Shown here: piece by piece, positions 56,399 to 64,000 of the stretch
Numbering within the stretch: position 1 is the stretch's first letter
How the letters are laid out: each line of letters opens with the position of its first letter
Assembly: GCF_009914755.1 (NCBI RefSeq)
Contig: NC_060931.1
Direction: 5' to 3' (one strand)
Origin: the human T2T-CHM13v2.0 reference genome, Homo sapiens
DNA: 64,000 nt
Translations under genes and position numbers: made by a program
Notes under the pieces: model-generated
Databases searched by the model: none
Seen by the model: the letters and a program-made list of their open reading frames with translations, nothing else
What the model was told of the DNA's origin: nothing

Positions 56399-58319
56399 AT
56401 ATTTCAGAACTAACATTCCAGGCCAATTCAGCAAGAAGGTGTGTCTTGCTGAGTTTATACTTAGCACTGACTTTATATTTGCTGAGTTTATACTTAGCAC
56501 TGACTTGCTGCAAATTATTTCAATCAACAGGAAACCAAGGATAGCTGCACTGTACCTCCTGCATGATGGCACACATTCAAAATAAGCACATTCATGGTGT
56601 GAATTCTTTCACATAATGACTTCTTCAAAAGAATGTACTACTCAGAACACAAGATGCTGATTTAGTGATTTCTTAAGATAACCCATTGTTCTGACTGGGA
56701 GAGAAGTAAAAAGAAAAAAGTGAGTTATCCTTTAGGAAACTTAAGTTTGGGGTAGCCTTCTGAGAGTAGCTCTGAGAATCACTGGGTTCTCTGTTTTTAT
56801 GCAAGACTCTTTTCCTTGACCCTTCATGGCCAGCTGTCAGGTCTCCATCCTAAACAGCAGGAGCTCCCTAGCATTGGACAGAGGGTCTTTCTTAGTCATA
56901 CAAGAAGACCCTCTGTGAATACCCCCCAAACTCCCTCTACCTCTCATATTTTAGAGAGAATCATATAATCTCTTAGTGTTCCTGACAACAAAATGGATAT
57001 TATGCAGGTGTATGGTTACTTAAAAAGTCTGAAGATGAAAAAAGAGCCTAGAAAATACTTTAACATTATAAGACAGCTACACATGGACAAATCTACAAGC
57101 AGAAGGATGAATCTCAAATGTAACTGCACATCAGAATCACTTGTGATGCCTAATAAGAATGGAGATTTCTGGGGCCCGAACATTGTTGATTCATTTGGTG
57201 TGAACTGGGGCCCAAGAATCTGCCCAGGTGATTTTCATACAGGGATTTGTGTTTAACTTATCTACATGGTAACTTTTCCAGTTTTCAAGGGGTATTAATA
57301 TGGCATAATGAGAGAGGGCTTTTTAACTTAGGGAAACAAAGCAATGCTATACCAAAAGAACTACAAGTTCCTTTTCCCTTGGGTGTTTACTAAAGCAGTT
57401 GAGAAAAAGTCTGTATGTCTCTCATTAAAGTAAGTTTTTAATAAGTAATTTTTTATTTTAATAAAAGTTATACATGTTCATTATAAAAAATTTAAAAAAG
57501 AAAAGAAAGAAAAACAAAAGGGAGAAAGTATAAAATACCCACAATCACATCATCCAGAGATAAGTTGGTACATTACATTTTCCCAGATAACGTGCTGGCT
57601 GTTTCCAAATACATTTTTTTTTAATAGTGGGATCAGAGTATATGCAGTTACTGTGTTATGTGTTTTTTACATCTAATAACACTATCGGTATCTTTCCACC
57701 ACTCCTCAATTCTTTAAGATATAAAGTGAAAGAATGCCTAAACAGGAACTACTGATTTTTTTTTAAATCAAGGAATTAAAATTCTATGTAACCAGCACAT
57801 AAATACAAATATTTATGTCACTTGTACAAGTATGCTAAAAATTTGTTTTTATTAAACTGATTTTGTATTGAGGCAGAGTTTATTAGTAATCTTTACTAGC
57901 TCATTAGCTCATTTTAGTGAAAGCATGCACATTACTGGAGGCCTCTGGATACATCTACAATATATTCATACAACAAGTATCCACTTTAATGAAATGTATT
58001 AGACAAAGGTTTTTCTCATGAAATCCAAAGGGAGCTAAAAGACTCTACTGGAAAAAAAACAAAACAAAACTGAGGACCCTCCCCCCAACAAAAATGTTTT
58101 TTTAACCTGCCCTGAGAGTCTATAAACTAATTCTGTTCAACTAGGGAGTGGTTGAAAAATAAATATATTTCACAGAATGCACTCATCATAAACTGAGAGC
58201 TAAACTCTTGCATGTTTATAAATGAGACACAAAGAATGTGAGTTTACGTAACGACCCACATTCACCCTCCCTTGCAAGGCCTGCCTGGTATCAGACAGCT
58301 TGTAAAAGCTTCAACACAG

Positions 58320-58470
58320 TAGTCACATGAATGTAGGCAAGCCACTTAATGCTTCTATGTTTCAGTTTCCTCATCTGGAAAACATGGACGCTACTAAACA
58401 GCATCTGTGCTAATCTACTCAGGGTTTTCTGAAGGCCACATGGGATAAAACATGAAGCTCTATGTAGACT
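58320..58470 (+). mobile_element. MIR SINE
   Basis: ggcaagccacttaatgcttctatgtttcagtttcctcatctgg. Confidence 0.75.
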
Positions 58471-61399
58471 GTCGAGTGGTACTCCAATGTGATCAGGAGT
58501 CTAATTGGTATTTCTCTCTCTCTCGAAAGGGTGCTCGCTCACTATTCCTTAGTCTATTGCCCACACACAATATTCCGCAACTTCCTGAACACAAGAGATT
58601 GGATAGAATACCAAATGTATGTGTGTTGGGCCAAAGAACAGAGATTAATTTAATCTTTCAATATTTGGCCTGACGACTACTTTACAATGGAATCAGACCC
58701 ATGGATCCCTCACTACCATCATGAAAAGTTATATATTCTGGGAAAATCTTTGTGAATAATAATTTTCTGAGAATTATTGGGCATGGTCCCAAACTGAGCT
58801 TATCATCACCATTACCTGGTAAGCTTTTCAGAAACAAAGGATTCTCAGGCCTCACATCAGAGATTCTGGAGCTTTTAACTTAATCACATACAAAATTTTA
58901 AGAAGCCCTAACTTCCCTTAGTAGTTTCTATGCCAAATTATCCTTGACAAAAGATTGTTCATTCGTTTCAGTAAGACTGGGAACCCTCAATGCAATATGA
59001 TTGAATTGCATGTCAGTGATTTATATATTCACAAAAACAGATGACCCTTAAAATGAGTGTTCTCTATCACTTAAAAAAAAAAAAATCTAAATGAGTATAC
59101 CTGACTGTACACAATAAACTTTCTCCCTATTGCCCCATGTTAGGGAAAATAACAGAAGATTCTCAATCCCTTTCCAAAACACTTTTTATTTCACCAGAGC
59201 CTTCTCTCCTTACATAAATAAAACCACGATATGCACTAGATGACTAGAATCTTTAAAAAATCCTTAAAATTATAGGTATTATCTCTTTTTCCTATAAGCA
59301 TTTCACAAAATGAACAGACATTTGGTCCATGGTCGATACAACCTTGCCTTTGAATACATGGACTAAGCTCTGTTCAACATTCTTTTATTCATCCAACAAA
59401 TGACCAAAATAAGCACTTCTCAACACTAACCACAAATCTTCAGGGCTTATCCCAGAGCAGTATCCTACAATTTGCATAGAGTTTTGCTACCACTCTCGGA
59501 GAGTCAAATATTGCCTAATTTTTCTAAGCTCTAGGTTGGAAAACTGGGCTGTTACTTTGCCATGGGCATTTGTTCTCAAAAGTTTCTTCTGCTATGGGAA
59601 AATTGACAAAACACTTCACTCGATGTATTATTTAGAAGTGATTCTTGAAATTTAATGCAATGGAAAATGCAACGCACAAATCTTCAAATTTATTGTACTA
59701 AACAATCTCTCTGGAATATATGGGGCAAAGACTGACCACATAAAATATTGATTTGAAAAAAAAATACTCTTTGATCCTACTACCCTCATGATCAGATGCT
59801 TCTTGGGTAAAACATTTCCTACTTGGAATTCCATGGAGAATATCATTACATGTAATTTTCCTACTATAACTGATGACATGGAATGCAATAAGTGCTCATT
59901 TTGAAAACATGTGAGCTATTGGTCACTTGGTTTCCATCAGAGAATACTAATTAGGGTAAGCAGTACATGGCGGTCTTGGCCCAAAAGACAGTTAGCAATG
60001 AATTCATTAGGGAGAACGAGGATCAGCAAGGCTCAGCTAATTTATAATATTGACCACAACATGAAATTAAGTCATGTTCCAGAACCAGAACTCATTAAAA
60101 ATGCAGTGGGAGAAGAGGGAGCAAAGACTGTTTTACTTAGAAGCTTAAAGACTCGTGGGAACAAAGTATCAGGATACCCATAGCTTAGGGGAAACCAGGG
60201 CTGCCTGCAAAGATTTCAAAGGAGTCAACTTCAAGGACATGGAAAGATTCTTAAGGGTGGTAAGGAGAGGATTAAATAGAAGTTATAAAGTGAAATTATT
60301 GCGACGGCAATTGGAGCTACACATAAGGAAGCAATTTCCAGCCATAATTTTAATTAGGAGCATAGAATGATCTTCTGTGTAATGATGACCCTTCATCATT
60401 AGCATTATTCAGAATTACCCTGCATCCACATGCATAAACATAGATGGAAATTAAACATAGACATGGAAGAAAGGTCAACCATAATCACATCTTTCAGATC
60501 CTCCAACTGCAGGTGAAACTTTTCAAACAAAATACAGTTAGCTCTCAATGTATAAATATTCAATTTACAAACAATTGATAAATACACTGTCACCACTGCC
60601 CCCCACCCCTACCCATCTCTGAGCCTTCACACCGTGTACTCCTGACTATGGAACTCCATGCTGCTGCTGCAGTAGCAACACAAATACCTTTATGGATAAA
60701 AATGGAACTTTCAAGAGAATTTGTGTATGGAAGAAAGGAAGAAGCCGTAAAAGCAGATGTGCTTTAAGCACAGAAGCAAACCACCTCTGGCAAGCAAACA
60801 AGGCTGGCTCACCTCTTCCCAAAAAAGATCACCCTCCAAACCTCTGACATGGATTACTCATCTTTATTTTATCATCTTTTTCACTAAAACAGAAGATTCA
60901 TTCAGCTTAACAAACACCCTCTGTAAAATGCAAATGACTTGATAAGTGGACCAGACCACATCCATTATGCACATTATGAATCAGATTTACTTTCCTACTA
61001 CCAGCTACCATCAGCTGCCCTGAAGGAATGAGAGTTTTGACTGAGAATGATTAAAAGAGGAAGAAAGGTAAAATTAAATTCAGAAAATGGAGTGCTACAG
61101 GGATATGACAAGGAAGGAGTATCACAACAGGGAAAGAAAATCCAAGAATCATAAGCCTATCAGCTGCTTAGATAAAGGTCTCTAGATGAAAAGAGATGAT
61201 GACATAAATTGTGTTTTTTAAGATCTGCCAGGAGAATCCAGGAAAGAAAACAAATGTTCTTTTCTCTTCTTCCTTCTTTCCCTAGCAGCAACTTGCTTCC
61301 AGGCCCCAGAATTCAACTTAGTCTCACTAAAAAGGAAAAAAACCTAGAACCAGGCTTCCACTTGAGATAAATGGTCTTTTGTGCACTAGTGTAGGAACC

Positions 61400-61900
61400 T
61401 GTCCACTGTCATAATTCTTTATCATGGCCTCCCAGGACACCAGCTCCCCCACCAACCTCACCACAGTCCTTACTCAGTGTTCTAGCCATATGGGTTTTCC
61501 TTCTGTTCCTCTAACAGGTCAACTTGCTCCTGCCTTAGGCCTTTGCTGCTTCCTCTGAGAAACAGTCTTCTTCCAGAGAGTCCTTCACATCACTCTGGTC
61601 TCAATAAATTTCACCTCTCCAGATGGGCCTTCCCTGACCCTAACCAATGTTGTCCCACTGCTACTCCCCAAAACTCATACATAATGACTTGTCTCTATCA
61701 GTCTTACTATATGCTTATTTCCTTCTTAGCACTTAGGCCTATAAGAAACATTATCTTGTTTATTTATTTATTCACTTAGCATCTGTCTTCCATACTACAA
61801 CCCAAACTTCCTGTAGGCAGGGGTGTCATCTCTTGATGGCTGCTGTCAACCCTGTGCATTGAACAGCGCCTGGTGGGTACTGAGCACTCCATGCATGTTG
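61400..61900 (+). mobile_element. L2 fragment
   Basis: ctcctgccttaggcctttgc...ggccttccctgacc...aacagcgcctggtgggtactgagcactc. Confidence 0.75.
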
Positions 61901-62071
61901 GCTATAAAAAAGATTTTCAGTAACTACATGGGATACTGCTTTTTTTAATTTGGGAATTTCTCTATTATGAATAGTTTCAAAGGCATAGCCAATAATCATC
62001 TCCAACTAAATATTTATAGTTCTAATAGCCCAAGTTGGGTCTCCACATATATTTGTTTCTTTGATGATTGA

Positions 62072-62370
<299 letters not shown>

Positions 62371-63859
62371 TCTATCATTGTTTTAAATTTACCAATATTT
62401 GTTTTTTACTGAAGAAATACAACAGGATCCTGGTTCCTGCAGGCCATCAATTAGAACCCAGTCTAAGTGATATATTTATTTTTTTTTACACCCAAATGAT
62501 ATAAGAAGAGAGAATTGAAAAATATGTGTATATAGGTGTGTGACTCCTACAGTATACTGTTTTACACTATCATTTATAATCTTCTATTTTGTATTAAGGC
62601 TTTATGTATACACATATTCTCTCGCTTGGACTATAAGCTCCTTGAGGAGTGGAATCCACATCTGATTCCTGCTACCTCCCGAATGCCTAGAATTGTGCTT
62701 TATATATACACGTGCTCAACAGACCCCAAATGAATGCACAAATTATACTTGCACTATTACTTAAAATGACTCAAACTATGACCTATCCTGTTTGCAGTAG
62801 CAATTTCCCTAAGTGATAACTGGGTGATTGTAGGGAAGCTATATTTTCCTTATATAGTAGCAGCCTAAATGACAATTGAGAAATATAGACTATTTGAAAT
62901 ACAAACATGCACAGGTTACATTGCATACACACAGACACAGGTTTGAGTGAAACTTAAATGTGAACATGTAAACATGGACAGTTCTATTCCCAAAGTCTGT
63001 GTTCCGCAAAACTAAGGAGCCCTCTCTCCTCAACTGGCTTGATACCTAACAAGCAGGCTGTGTTGCTACCACAAACATTAACTAAAAGGCAGATATGGGA
63101 CAGAGCTTTCACCACGTAGCACTAAATATATTGTTTAATATGTAAGGGTTGCTACATGTTACTAGTTTTACAATTGTTCTTATGTCAGTTAATTGCTTAT
63201 AAGAACAAACAGCACCTTGCCACATGCTCACAGCCACATGTTCTTTGGCTATTTTAATAAGAACTGGACTGGATTTACAGCAAAATAACTTTACTTAGGA
63301 CTTTCTGCCAAAATCTTATCTGATAACCGCCCCCCACACATGGACATCTGGGGACGGCATTTTGAAACACTGTTTTGAAAGAACACGGAGAAGAAGTTTT
63401 CAAGGGCAAAAGAAAGCTTCAAAAGAGGCAGTTACTTTTTAAGTCTGATCAATAGTGAAGAGCATGAACTATAAAATACCTCTTAAAAACTCATTTCAGG
63501 GTGAGGTGCAGTGACATTTACAGCAACACCAAGAACAAAATACTTATAAACAAGCTGGTGGTATTCTGGCTAAGTAGGTGGTATAAACATAAAATTCTGT
63601 TTGTATCTATGTAACTAGGTGGATGGAGATTATCAACCAATTCATCTCTGGTCCTCTTCCTGTATTAGAGTCTTGTACTATTGTACTGGCTCTCTTATTT
63701 TAAGCAACTCTGTGTAATGAAGTTTCTGCAAGCTGCGGGGATTGCCAACTGTACAAATACCTTTTTCCATTCTCCATGTTTCACTTCAGGAAATAATTTC
63801 ATTCTTCTGAAATGTATGGATAGCACTGCCAATCTACAACGCTGCTATGGAAGCCCAAA

Positions 63860-64000
63860 ATACAACAACAACAACTAGCATGATCGCAGCAGGGAGTAAT
63901 TACTGAATGCTCACTGTGTCAGGCACCCTGCTGAACGTTGGGTATTTATTATCTCAAATAACTCTCACACTCTATTCTCCCTATTTTACAGGTGAAGAAG
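63860..64000 (-). mobile_element. MIR SINE (runs off window)
   Basis: ttactgaatgctcactgtgtcaggcacc...ccctattttacaggtgaagaa. Confidence 0.75.

Overview
Human genomic DNA; a near-consensus AluYb-lineage element at 18.5-18.9 kb fixes the species. No protein-coding gene can be supported: every ORF in the supplied track is short and derives from repeats, low-complexity sequence or chance. The window reads as a large intron or gene-poor interval, with about 13 Alu/FAM SINEs, many old MIR and L2 fragments, MaLR LTRs (THE1, MST, MLT1), a TIR-intact but internally deleted Tigger1, MER33/MER5A DNA transposons, old L1 3' fragments and a full-length U6 snRNA pseudogene. Between the repeats are unique AT-rich blocks dense in homeodomain/POU/SOX/RFX/E-box words that resemble conserved developmental enhancers, plus three same-orientation CTCF motifs. 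I could not identify the host gene and found no clear new biological system. The best leads are regulatory (CTCF array plus enhancer-like blocks), a 247-nt Alu-tail purine repeat, a candidate 36-nt minus-strand exon and several retrotransposition/template-switch scars. Repeat subfamily calls come from recalled consensus features, and boundaries of old elements are approximate.
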